Source of the DNA: a virus
Lineage: Duplodnaviria; Heunggongvirae; Uroviricota; Caudoviricetes
Reading direction: 5' to 3' (one strand)
IMG/VR virus record: IMGVR_UViG_3300028840_008153
Coordinates: 1-35,142 of that record
DNA: 35,142 bases
Both the position numbers and the translations under genes were made by a program. The notes under the pieces are model-generated. The model saw nothing but the letters and a program-made list of their open reading frames with translations. It was not told the DNA's origin and made no database searches. Below are positions 1 to 7,660 of this stretch, piece after piece; position 1 is the stretch's first letter; the number at the start of each line of letters is the position of its first letter.

Positions 1-180
1 TCACTCGGCCTCCTTGAGCTTCTTCTCGATCTTGTCGAGAGTTTCGTTGGCCTTCTCCCAAAGATCGGCCAACTCCGGGTCCTCGATACTGTCGGCCTTA
101 ATCATGCTCTGGATCGCGTAGGCAAGGTTTCCCTCGTCCTCGACGTACTCGGCGACCTCCTTCGTGCTTAACTTGTCCAT
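1..180 (-). CDS. small acidic hypothetical phage protein
   Basis: ORF MDKLSTKEVAEY..., stop at 1-3, translationally coupled to the upstream gene. Confidence 0.7.
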   Translation of the reverse strand: MDKLSTKEVAEYVEDEGNLAYAIQSMIKADSIEDPELADLWEKANETLDKIEKKLKEAE

Positions 181-509
181 CAATCCTCCTCCCCGAGCGG
201 GTCGTAGCGAATGTCCAGCGTCAGAGCGAATTCAGGGTCCCACCATCCAATGGCCTTCGCATGTAGTATGAAACAGCGCTCGCACGAAACGGCACCACTC
301 TGATCAGCCGGAGCGGTATCGGTTCCCGGGCAGCTTTTACGGTGGGCCGGAATCAGCTTTAGCAGAGTTTCCCTATGCTCCACCCAAAGCGCGGCAAAGC
401 GCTCACGCTCCTCGATGGCCCGACGGCGCTCCTTGCGGCGGCGCTCGTTGATCTCGTTCTGCAGCTCGGCCGTCGTAAAGACTTCAAGCCTTTTTTCCTT
501 CGGTCCCAT
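180..509 (-). CDS. hypothetical protein (Arg-rich helix, Cys cluster)
   Basis: ATG at 509 overlapping upstream stop (TGATG), preceded by GGAGGGGAG. Confidence 0.7.
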   Translation of the reverse strand: MGPKEKRLEVFTTAELQNEINERRRKERRRAIEERERFAALWVEHRETLLKLIPAHRKSCPGTDTAPADQSGAVSCERCFILHAKAIGWWDPEFALTLDIRYDPLGEED

Positions 510-913
510 CAGCTCTCCCCTCCAAGTAACCCGTCCACACACTTTTCAGCGCACTCATGACAAATGACGGACTTGATGGGAACATCCTTCTCGCAGCGCT
601 CGCACTTGACCACGACCTCCGCGTCCTCGTGGTCGTCGCCAACGGGGGTATATGTTTGCTCGAAGATGTCGGGGCTACACGGGTAGAGTTCGCCCTTCAC
701 GCCCTTGATAACCCAGTCCCCCTCACGGGCTTTTAGGGGCCCCTCCGGCGTGGGTATGATCAGACCAGCCTCTCCAGTAACCGGATTGGCCACGATCGCC
801 GGTTTGCCATCCTTTAGGCTTCCGGCATCCGTGAACTTGAACACCTCATTAAGGGTGTCGGGCGTCAGCTGTACGGCCTCAACGACCACCGGCTTCTTTC
901 TGAATTTTGGCAT
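509..913 (-). CDS. conserved phage protein (PGDYG-like family) with C-terminal CxxC..CxxC zinc-finger extension
   Basis: MPKFRKKPVVVEAVQ...IPTPEG..AREGDWVIKGVKGELYPCSPDIFEQTY is a widespread phage motif; start set to ATG at 913 after AAGGA. Confidence 0.75.
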   Translation of the reverse strand: MPKFRKKPVVVEAVQLTPDTLNEVFKFTDAGSLKDGKPAIVANPVTGEAGLIIPTPEGPLKAREGDWVIKGVKGELYPCSPDIFEQTYTPVGDDHEDAEVVVKCERCEKDVPIKSVICHECAEKCVDGLLGGES

Positions 914-929
914 CTTCTTTCCTTTCTGA

Positions 930-1000
930 TGGCACGAGCCGGGATCGAACCGACCAAGCACGTCCACCGCTGTGCTTTCAGGCGCCGCTGCCCTCGTGCC
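930..1000 (-). ncRNA. tRNA-like structured RNA (canonical acceptor stem and T-arm, non-canonical D/anticodon arms)
   Basis: minus strand GGCACGA/TCGTGCC 7-bp stem plus A; T-arm GTCGG-TTCGATC-CCGGC; inner hairpin AAGCAC-AGCGGTGGAC-GTGCTT; fills the intergenic gap between a stop codon and an RBS. Confidence 0.55.
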
Positions 1001-1222
1001 TCAAGTCCAGGGTTTGTTGGGAATCAGCCCGTTCAGGGAGTCCTGGTCGGCAGCAACCTGGATCTTGACAAGTTCCTGAGTATCCTCCCACGTGAAAGCC
1101 ACCGTGGACTTCCCCCAAAGTTCCGTCTTGTCCTCACACTTCTTCTCCAGGGCGTCGGCGGCCTCGCGCAGCTCCTTGGGTGTGGTGAAGACGGTCAACA
1201 CCCGCTCTTCCCGTATGCTCAT
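1001..1222 (-). CDS. hypothetical protein
   Basis: 73-aa ORF in operon, GAGGG RBS. Confidence 0.65.
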   Translation of the reverse strand: MSIREERVLTVFTTPKELREAADALEKKCEDKTELWGKSTVAFTWEDTQELVKIQVAADQDSLNGLIPNKPWT

Positions 1223-1225
1223 CGT

Positions 1226-1639
1226 TCAGCCCTCGTGTTTTTGGAAAGTCACCTCCGTGCCGGTGATGGCGCTCACCTTATTTATCAAGCGGAGCATGTC
1301 CTCGTTCCGCACATCAAACTCCCACTCGTCATTCGGCAGCGGCATGAGCGAGAAACTGCGTGAGCTGGACACCAACATCATCGCCACGATCATGGCTTCG
1401 TCCTGTCGCTTGATGACGAAGCGCGCCCGATTGTACTTCGGCGGAGGGATGTTCTGGGCCTTTGGCACGTAATCCTGTCTCCGGCCCGTGGGGCTGAGCC
1501 CCTGCCGCTTCAGCTCGCGCCGCAGTTGTTTGTTTTCCTGCTTGAGGTTATGCGCCTCCTCCTTGAACTTCACGGCGTTCGCGTGCGTGCACCAGGCCGC
1601 ATGCATGCTGCCGCCACAGCCGCATTCTGAACAGGCCAT
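1226..1639 (-). CDS. hypothetical protein with N-terminal CxxC..H..C zinc-binding motif and coiled coil
   Basis: MACSECGCGGSMHAAWC; TGATG coupling and AGGAAAGGA RBS. Confidence 0.7.
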   Translation of the reverse strand: MACSECGCGGSMHAAWCTHANAVKFKEEAHNLKQENKQLRRELKRQGLSPTGRRQDYVPKAQNIPPPKYNRARFVIKRQDEAMIVAMMLVSSSRSFSLMPLPNDEWEFDVRNEDMLRLINKVSAITGTEVTFQKHEG

Positions 1640-1779
1640 CAATCGGTTCCTTTCCTGATCTCATCACGGATTTCCATCCACAACGTGCCCAGCATGTTTG
1701 CTCCGTCGTGGTCGGGGCCCCAGCCCCAAAAGTCGTCCCGCCACTTATCGGAGAAATCGTCCCAGCTTCCGCGCGCCAT
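1639..1779 (-). pseudogene. 46-aa ORF carrying the C-terminal fragment of a NADAR/YbiA-family domain
   Basis: not in ORF track; translates MARGSWDDFSDKWRDDFWGWGPDHDGANMLGTLWMEIRDEIRKGTD, matching the NADAR C-terminal D-x-x-WG...G-x-N-x-LG-x-x-x-M-x-x-R signature; coupled at both ends. Confidence 0.6.
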
Positions 1780-2150
1780 TAGCTGCTAGCCTCCAAGAGG
1801 TCGCCACGACTTTCCAAAAATGCCCGAAGGGCACTTCCTTCAGAAAACTCTGAAAACCCCAGACACACTCGCCAGCCGTGTTTTTGCATGTGCGTCAGCC
1901 AGTCTGATTGGAGGGTCTCCAAATTCACCGGAGGTTCGCCGCCGCAGATGTGGCGTTCGCCTATGCGGAGCACAACTCTGGGAGGATCAAAATCTGGTAA
2001 ATGAGAAACTTCGTCAACCGTCACCGCCAGATCGTACTCCAGCTCAATGTGGTCCCCTTTTGAAGGGATGACCGACATCTCCAACTTCCGATGAAAGAAA
2101 AGACGCCCCCCTTCTGCCGTAGGAAGTGGCAAATGTAGTTCTACTAACAT
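1779..2150 (-). CDS. hypothetical protein
   Basis: 123-aa ORF, TGATG coupling. Confidence 0.65.
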   Translation of the reverse strand: MLVELHLPLPTAEGGRLFFHRKLEMSVIPSKGDHIELEYDLAVTVDEVSHLPDFDPPRVVLRIGERHICGGEPPVNLETLQSDWLTHMQKHGWRVCLGFSEFSEGSALRAFLESRGDLLEASS

Positions 2151-2692
2151 CAGTCGGTTCCTTTCCTGGTTCTGATCCCGTTGTTTGCCCCAACCCTACG
2201 CTGCTGCTCGACCCACTCCTTGTAGCTGAGGGTCGTGTAGTCGTTGACAATCTGCTCCTTCCATTCCTTCTTCGGGTAAAGCTCGTCCTCATCGAACAAC
2301 ATGGCCGAGAGGCTGAGGCTCGCGCCCTCCATGTTGACGGAGTGGGTGCAATCCTCCTGGTTGATGTCGGCCCACAACGCGACACGCAGCGTGCCTTCGT
2401 ACTGCTCGACGAAGATCGGCGTGCCCTTCTTCCCGCTGCACTTGTCGCCGTAGCCGTCGACCTGGATCTCGATCGCTTGGCCAACTCTTAACGTTCCCGT
2501 CTTGTCGGGCTCGATGCTCGCTGAATCAACCAGACGAAAGGGAATCACCGGCTCGCCGAGTTCGTCGGGCTCATCGGCGCCTGCGACGATTTCGTGGGTG
2601 TCGTTCTTGACGAGTTGCCACTCGCCGCAATCGTCGCGTCGGATGTGGTGGGTGAAAGGGTCGTAGGTTTTGGGATGAACTTCGGAACTCAT
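2150..2692 (-). CDS. hypothetical phage protein
   Basis: ATG at 2692 (MSSEVHPK) after GGAGG; contains PIFVEQYEGTLRVALWADINQEDCTHSVNMEGA. Confidence 0.7.
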   Translation of the reverse strand: MSSEVHPKTYDPFTHHIRRDDCGEWQLVKNDTHEIVAGADEPDELGEPVIPFRLVDSASIEPDKTGTLRVGQAIEIQVDGYGDKCSGKKGTPIFVEQYEGTLRVALWADINQEDCTHSVNMEGASLSLSAMLFDEDELYPKKEWKEQIVNDYTTLSYKEWVEQQRRVGANNGIRTRKGTD

Positions 2693-2780
2693 TCCTATTT
2701 CCTCCTGTAACTGGCCGGGCGGGCGGCCAGGCCGACCGTAAGGGAGAACGGCCGGCCGCACGGCCAATGGCCTAAGGGCC

Positions 2781-2951
2781 TTTAGGGAACAAAACGGAAT
2801 ATTTTATCAAGAGTTGGCGCAAATTATCAGTGAGCCCGATAATTTACCCAACTATGTGCAAATTCCGTTTTGTTTCCTTAATAAGCTATCTGTGAAGGGC
2901 CGATCTTGGAACTATGTGCAATTCCACATTGTTCCCTTAATAAGCTATCTG
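2781..2951. repeat. AT-rich block with two ~42-bp direct repeats, one inverted partial copy and a small inverted repeat
   Basis: 2850-2892 and 2910-2951 (AACTATGTGCAA...TTGTTYCCTTAATAAGCTATCTG); inverted partial copy 2781-2800; AAATTATC-N9-GATAATTT at 2821-2845. Confidence 0.85.
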
Positions 2952-3163
2952 GCAACTCGCAGGATTTTCCCCGATCCTTGGAAGGCGTCGATCATAGCCT
3001 CCGCATTGGGAAGATCGGTTTCAACTTCCACGAACTCCTTGGCGGGCTTGTCTGGATCGCCGGCGAGCGACCATGGCGCCTCGTAATGGGCCAACCGCAT
3101 CGTTACATCTTCGGCGGCTTCTGGGCTTCTGCACACGAGGCGCACTTTTTTCCTTCTCCCCAT
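2945..3163 (-). CDS. hypothetical protein
   Basis: 72-aa ORF with GAGGAG RBS; overlaps the tail of the upstream ORF. Confidence 0.55.
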   Translation of the reverse strand: MGRRKKVRLVCRSPEAAEDVTMRLAHYEAPWSLAGDPDKPAKEFVEVETDLPNAEAMIDAFQGSGKILRVAR

Positions 3164-3344
3164 CCTGGTTCTCCTCGTTCACGACCAGCACCTCGGTTCC
3201 CTTCGCCGGACCTTCGTCGATCCAGCCGATCCCAACCCACTGCATGCGCCGGCCACCGATCTCAACGGCCTGAGGCAAGCGCTTACTGTTACAAACCGAG
3301 AGTCGGTCCAACTCACTGAAAGTGATTGTCTTTCGCTCTGCCAT
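3021..3344 (-). CDS. hypothetical phage protein
   Basis: AGGAGG RBS; N-terminal half (GGRRMQWVGIGWIDEG) looks like a real domain, tail is low-complexity. Confidence 0.55.
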   Translation of the reverse strand: MAERKTITFSELDRLSVCNSKRLPQAVEIGGRRMQWVGIGWIDEGPAKGTEVLVVNEENQDGEKEKSAPRVQKPRSRRRCNDAVGPLRGAMVARRRSRQARQGVRGS

Positions 3345-3352
3345 GGGGCCTC

Positions 3353-3637
3353 CTAGAACATGGTCGGGACCTGCTCGGCCCGCTGGATCACCTCGACCTT
3401 CTCGATCGAGAGAAACTCTGGCTGGGTGCGCTGTTCCATGTGGGTGAAGTATTTCTCAACCATGACTTCCGGGTCCTTCGGGATGGGAAGTGCCTTTCTC
3501 CCGACCCGATCGCGCATCTCGGACTTCCAGTTGTTCTCCACGTATGCCTGCGCCACCTTGTTGGCCAACTCCTCCGTCTGACAGGCATAGTGGTTGTGCC
3601 CGTGGCGATGCTCGATCACGACGATGTGGACCTTCAT
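3353..3637 (-). CDS. hypothetical phage protein
   Basis: MKVHIVVIEHRHG..., GGAGG RBS, ATGA coupling. Confidence 0.7.
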   Translation of the reverse strand: MKVHIVVIEHRHGHNHYACQTEELANKVAQAYVENNWKSEMRDRVGRKALPIPKDPEVMVEKYFTHMEQRTQPEFLSIEKVEVIQRAEQVPTMF

Positions 3638-4002
3638 GTTGCCTCCTTCCCGCCTGGCGGCTGCTCGGCGTAACGCCACGCGGCCTCCATGAGTGTTTCC
3701 TTTCCCAGCCTGCGCTCCAGGTTCTTGATGAAGCGCCACAGAGTCTGGTGGTACTCGATGAACTCGTCCTTCAGCCGACTGTAGCGCGCCGCTACGACCA
3801 GCGTGTCGCCCTCCTCGGTCGTGATCTCAATCGTCTTGTACGTGACCTTCTTTCCGGCCGGCGTTACGACGGGCACCGGGCCGAGCTTCTTGATCAGGTC
3901 AAGAACGTTCTGCAGCTGATAGACGTACAGGCCCGACACCGTCATGTTCTTCAACAACATCAGCAGCACGAAGCGCTTCTTGTCCGAGATTCGCAGTTTC
4001 AT
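3634..4002 (-). CDS. hypothetical protein
   Basis: ATG at 4002, AGGAGG RBS, ATGA coupling. Confidence 0.7.
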   Translation of the reverse strand: MKLRISDKKRFVLLMLLKNMTVSGLYVYQLQNVLDLIKKLGPVPVVTPAGKKVTYKTIEITTEEGDTLVVAARYSRLKDEFIEYHQTLWRFIKNLERRLGKETLMEAAWRYAEQPPGGKEAT

Positions 4003-4529
4003 TTGGAGCACCCTCCTTTGCACGTGAGCCTTCCACACAAATCGCAGCCGGGCTTGGAAGGTTCAAAGCCCGCTATCCGTCCAGCCTGAGCCAGCTCTCG
4101 CCTTCCAACACGATTGTGTAGCTGTTGCCACCCTCTGATGCCAGAGGTGTAAATCAGGTGCTCCAAAAACTTCACACGCCTTTTCAGGTCATCGACTTCG
4201 TCGTGCAGGTTGTGAAGCGCCCGCCGGTCGCCGTCGATCCAGAGGCCGCAGTCCTTTTCGGGCAGACACCCGAAGCACGGCTGCAGGATCTGGCTTCCGT
4301 CGATGCCGCACCCGTGGTCGTCCACGTACCACTCGTAGATGTGAACGCTTTCAGGGTGTTGCAGCACGAGGCTGCCGATCCACCGGTCCGGCTGCGGCGG
4401 ATACCACGGCCATTTGACCTCGCCGGCTTTCCCCTCCTTCGTCAGCCAGATCGGGCACCCGCGCGGGAGCCTGTGAACCCACGGAAAGGCCGGCGGGTCA
4501 ATCGGCGCGGGTTTGGGTTCGTTGGTCAT
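3999..4529 (-). CDS. hypothetical protein, Pro/Trp-rich N-terminus, coiled coil, C-terminal Cys cluster
   Basis: 176-aa ORF, AGGAG RBS, ends CDLCGRLTCKGGC. Confidence 0.65.
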   Translation of the reverse strand: MTNEPKPAPIDPPAFPWVHRLPRGCPIWLTKEGKAGEVKWPWYPPQPDRWIGSLVLQHPESVHIYEWYVDDHGCGIDGSQILQPCFGCLPEKDCGLWIDGDRRALHNLHDEVDDLKRRVKFLEHLIYTSGIRGWQQLHNRVGRRELAQAGRIAGFEPSKPGCDLCGRLTCKGGCSK

Positions 4530-4537
4530 TATTTCTC

Positions 4538-5113
4538 CTAATCGAACGTGTATCCGAAGTTGCGGATGTCCTCCACGTAACGCTCCTCAACCCAGCGGCG
4601 GGCCTCCGCGTTGTACATCTCCTGGTAGGGCCGGTGGGCCCGCCGCTCCTCGAAGACCTCCTCCGGCACCTCCCGTTCGAGCAACCGACAGATCCAGATC
4701 AGATCCCTATGGAGCGTCTCGAACCGCCCGACATACCGGCACGGAAGAATGAAGTGACTGCAGGGCCGGTGCATGGCCATGCCCTTGGACACGTAATGCG
4801 GCCTGCCGGACGTGTCCGGGCAGTCGTTCTGGAGCCAGTCCATAAACAGGGTCTGATCATCCAGCTGCTCGGCGTTGATGCGCGCACAGATGGACACGAG
4901 ACGATCCCACGGGTTACGAACGAACCCGAAGGTAAACATTCGCCTCCACCGCTCGGTGCCGAAACGCCTGACCAGCCACCACGCGGGCGCGTGCCCGAAG
5001 TAATGCTCTTCGGGGTTGGCTTTCTTGCCCTGATGGGACCGCAGGCCAAGCATGATCGACAGCGACGTGCTCGCCGTCCTCGGAGTACAGAGCATGCACC
5101 AGTCTTTAATCAT
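4538..5113 (-). CDS. sulfotransferase (Sulfotransfer_2-like, PAPS-dependent)
   Basis: 5'-PSB loop TPRTASTS, 3'-PB FGFVRNPWDRLVS, YVGRFETL, C-terminal Y-x-ED-I-x-x-FGY. Confidence 0.85.
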   Translation of the reverse strand: MIKDWCMLCTPRTASTSLSIMLGLRSHQGKKANPEEHYFGHAPAWWLVRRFGTERWRRMFTFGFVRNPWDRLVSICARINAEQLDDQTLFMDWLQNDCPDTSGRPHYVSKGMAMHRPCSHFILPCRYVGRFETLHRDLIWICRLLEREVPEEVFEERRAHRPYQEMYNAEARRWVEERYVEDIRNFGYTFD

Positions 5114-5129
5114 GAGATCTCCTTGAAAA

Positions 5130-5210
5130 GCCCCACGCCGTGGGAGTCGAACCCGCCACAGGAATTTGGCCGCCCACCGCTCACCTGTTCGAGCGGCTCC
5201 GGCGTGGGAC
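5130..5210 (-). ncRNA. second tRNA-like structured element
   Basis: minus strand GTCCCACGCCG/CGGCGTGGGGC closing stem, CCGCTC/GAGCGG hairpin, T-loop GGG-TTCGACT-CCC; shares AGCGGTGGRCG with 930-1000. Confidence 0.45.
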
Positions 5211-5552
5211 CGGTTTCTTTTTGCTTCTGAGCGGCTTCATCTCTATCGTGTCGCCAGCTCGGATCTTGTAGCTGCGACTTCGTTTTCTCCCATTCACCCA
5301 GAATCGAACTTCCTCCAGCGGCGAGCAGTTCGCAAACTCTCGTATGACGTCTATGGCCTCAAACTTGGCTAAAGGCGCCCCGATGAGCTTCGGACTCTGA
5401 ATGGTTATCATGTTGAACCGAAACTTAAACAGGACGCCGCCGTAATCCTTCAGCATGGCCATCCGCGCTTCCTCTTGCGCTTGTAGGTCTTTCACGTAGG
5501 TAGTGATAACCCTCAGCGCCTGATCTATCGCCACGCCATCTACCATGCTCAC
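5181..5552 (-). CDS. protein with C-terminal beta-grasp (ubiquitin/ThiS-like) or S4-like domain; paralog of 5549-5896
   Basis: RFWVNGRKRSRSYKIRAGDTIEMKP; aligns end to end with the neighbouring ORF. Confidence 0.65.
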   Translation of the reverse strand: MSMVDGVAIDQALRVITTYVKDLQAQEEARMAMLKDYGGVLFKFRFNMITIQSPKLIGAPLAKFEAIDVIREFANCSPLEEVRFWVNGRKRSRSYKIRAGDTIEMKPLRSKKKPVPRRSRSNR

Positions 5553-5896
5553 GCGTGCCTCCTGCTGTAGGGCCTGATCACTTCCACGGTGTCGCCAGCC
5601 TTGACCACGTAGTGGGTCTGCCTCACCCTGCCGTTCACCCGGAAGCGGTAATGCTTCGGTCGTTCCGCAGCGATGATCCGCCCGGCACTCGTGCGCCAGA
5701 AGCTGGACAGGCGCGTCCCGACGAGCTTCCCGCCGTTCAACGTGAGCGTGTTGTTCCGAAACCGCACGGTCACCGCGTTGTATGCCTTCAGGATCTTGGC
5801 TTCCGCCTTCTCTGCCGCCTTGGTATCGTCCACGTACTGGCCGATTGCCATCAGGGCCTGCTGCATGGTCATGTAATCAGTCGTGTTCTCGCTCAT
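5549..5896 (-). CDS. protein with C-terminal beta-grasp (ubiquitin/ThiS-like) or S4-like domain; paralog of 5181-5552
   Basis: VTVRFRNNTLTL..GTRL...RFRVNGRVRQTHYVVKAGDTVEVIRP; ATG at 5896 coupled to upstream stop. Confidence 0.65.
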   Translation of the reverse strand: MSENTTDYMTMQQALMAIGQYVDDTKAAEKAEAKILKAYNAVTVRFRNNTLTLNGGKLVGTRLSSFWRTSAGRIIAAERPKHYRFRVNGRVRQTHYVVKAGDTVEVIRPYSRRHA

Positions 5897-6327
5897 GTCT
5901 CTCTCCCTATCACGTAGGTCTCGTATCTGCAGTTTCTCCACAGGCGCGGCTCATCGAGAACCACCTCGATTTGATACCCCCATGAAGTCTTCCTCCACCC
6001 CCGGATGTCACGACGCACGGTCACGTACGACTTGCCTCCAGGCGCCAAAAGCTCCCTGATCTCCTCGATAACTTGTGCACGGTCCCAAGGGAGCCAGATC
6101 GTGTTGAGGACATACGTGCACGTTATGGTGTCGAATGTGCCTTCGGGCTTGGTGGGAAACGAGACGCTGTCGTACTTCTCGGCACCGACGATGTCGGCGT
6201 CCTCGCCTCGTCCACACCCGAAGTCCAGGATTCTGCCTACAACCAGTTCGGCTTCACAAAGCCTTCTCATGGGGGCGGACAGCCCCCCACGCCTGATCGC
6301 CGATCGGTGGAACCGACGGGCGCTCAT
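5893..6327 (-). CDS. class I SAM-dependent methyltransferase
   Basis: motif I ILDFGCGRGED, FDTITCTYVLN, APGGKSYVTVRRD. Confidence 0.85.
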   Translation of the reverse strand: MSARRFHRSAIRRGGLSAPMRRLCEAELVVGRILDFGCGRGEDADIVGAEKYDSVSFPTKPEGTFDTITCTYVLNTIWLPWDRAQVIEEIRELLAPGGKSYVTVRRDIRGWRKTSWGYQIEVVLDEPRLWRNCRYETYVIGRET

Positions 6328-7241
6328 TTCGCTTTAGAGGCCCCTACAACACCAAAATCCCGTCTACCCTTGCGGAACACCAGATACTCGACGATCGTCT
6401 CACAGGACGCGCTGAGCAGGTCAATAGGGTAGGGCCAGACGTGTCGCACGGCGTGGTCGATCCAAACTTCGGGGATCGGCTCGAAATGGACGCTACGCGA
6501 CGTGCCGTTGACCCGGACACTCGACCAGCTGTCCTTCCACGTGATTGCCTCGGCGGTGAAGTAGCCGACGCGCACGTTGTAGGTCACGGCGCCGCCCTTC
6601 TTGATGAAGTACGGGAACCCCATCAGCCGGTAGGCGGGAGCCTTCAGCCTCTTCCTGACACGGTCTCCGATATAGATCTGGAGAACGCGTTGATCGGCCG
6701 CTTGCAGCGTCTTCACGGCCGAGGGACAGATTTTCAACAGGTGCACTGTCACGTCCCGCAATTTGCGATTCGGATTGAACATGTCCCGAATCCGGGTGAC
6801 ATGCTCATCGAACCCGCGCAGGTAACACCACGGACACAGCGGCGAACCGCAGCGCGTGCCCGTGAAGCCCTCCTCGTATCTGTCGGCGACCCAATGGCCC
6901 CCCGCCGGCTGGCAATTCAGCATCTGCCATGTCATCGTTTCCGGCAGCAGCTTCTTCTTAAAAAGCTCCACGACCTTGTGCTGATAGACGTATTGGAGCG
7001 CCAGAAGCGTGCTGCCGACCAGATGCCGCCAGCCCCTGTGCCGGCCCACGCGCCCTGCGTACCGGCAGTCCTGCTCGTGGTACTCGCGCAGCTGTCGCGC
7101 GGTGCTGGGCGCCTTTTTGACAAAGCTGATTGCGGGGGGAAGGGTCTTGCCGTGGGATTTTCGCCACACGGTCAGGTTGTCGATCAACCCGCCGTGTTGC
7201 GGCCAGATCTGAGAAAGGGTCCATATGAGCGGAGCAGCCAT
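6324..7241 (-). CDS. hypothetical basic protein with C-x4-CP-x-C zinc-binding motif
   Basis: 305-aa coupled ORF; TRCGSPLCPWC. Confidence 0.65.
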   Translation of the reverse strand: MAAPLIWTLSQIWPQHGGLIDNLTVWRKSHGKTLPPAISFVKKAPSTARQLREYHEQDCRYAGRVGRHRGWRHLVGSTLLALQYVYQHKVVELFKKKLLPETMTWQMLNCQPAGGHWVADRYEEGFTGTRCGSPLCPWCYLRGFDEHVTRIRDMFNPNRKLRDVTVHLLKICPSAVKTLQAADQRVLQIYIGDRVRKRLKAPAYRLMGFPYFIKKGGAVTYNVRVGYFTAEAITWKDSWSSVRVNGTSRSVHFEPIPEVWIDHAVRHVWPYPIDLLSASCETIVEYLVFRKGRRDFGVVGASKAK

Positions 7242-7660
7242 CAGGGCTCCTGCACGGTTACCTCAAGGTCGCCCACACTGGCCAGCTCCCTGCGCATCAC
7301 CCGTCCCAGCTGCTCGCCGTTGAGCACGCGAACCTCATTCTTGCTCACCAGCATGGACCTGAGCGTGCTGCAGTCGTAGCAGAACGTCATGGACCGCTTC
7401 TCCTCGAAGAGAAGCCACTCCCCGGGCCAGAGCCTGCGGGAGACGCGCCGGAGAAGTTTGGGGTAGTCCGGCGGGTGATTGTCCCAGTAAATGGCCTCGT
7501 AGCGTGTGATGTGACCTTTCTTTTCGTTCGCCGTCAGATTCAGGAACTCGAAGTCGTTGTCCCGAGTGACGAGCTTCATGATGGCGTCCACAACGGCGTG
7601 GACGTCCCGTACCTGCGTGGAATCGGTTAACTCCAACCAGCTGCTTACGTGTCCTTGCAT
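7241..7660 (-). CDS. hypothetical protein
   Basis: 139-aa ORF in operon. Confidence 0.65.
   Translation of the reverse strand: MQGHVSSWLELTDSTQVRDVHAVVDAIMKLVTRDNDFEFLNLTANEKKGHITRYEAIYWDNHPPDYPKLLRRVSRRLWPGEWLLFEEKRSMTFCYDCSTLRSMLVSKNEVRVLNGEQLGRVMRRELASVGDLEVTVQEP

Noticed and set aside
930-1000. Canonical tRNA gene (e.g. Phe, from CTGAAA)
   Set aside because: No 5-bp stem with a 7-nt loop at the anticodon position and no U8; reported as tRNA-like only
2850-2951. Possible mini CRISPR array
   Set aside because: Only two imperfect repeats, a 17-nt gap that partly resembles the upstream flank, and no cas genes
4050-4075. GGTTCAAAGCC resembling a plus-strand tRNA T-loop
   Set aside because: T-stem does not pair, there is no acceptor stem, and it lies within a CDS
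5893-6327. DNA methyltransferase of a restriction-modification system
   Set aside because: No DPPY/NPPY or PCQ motif; substrate unknown
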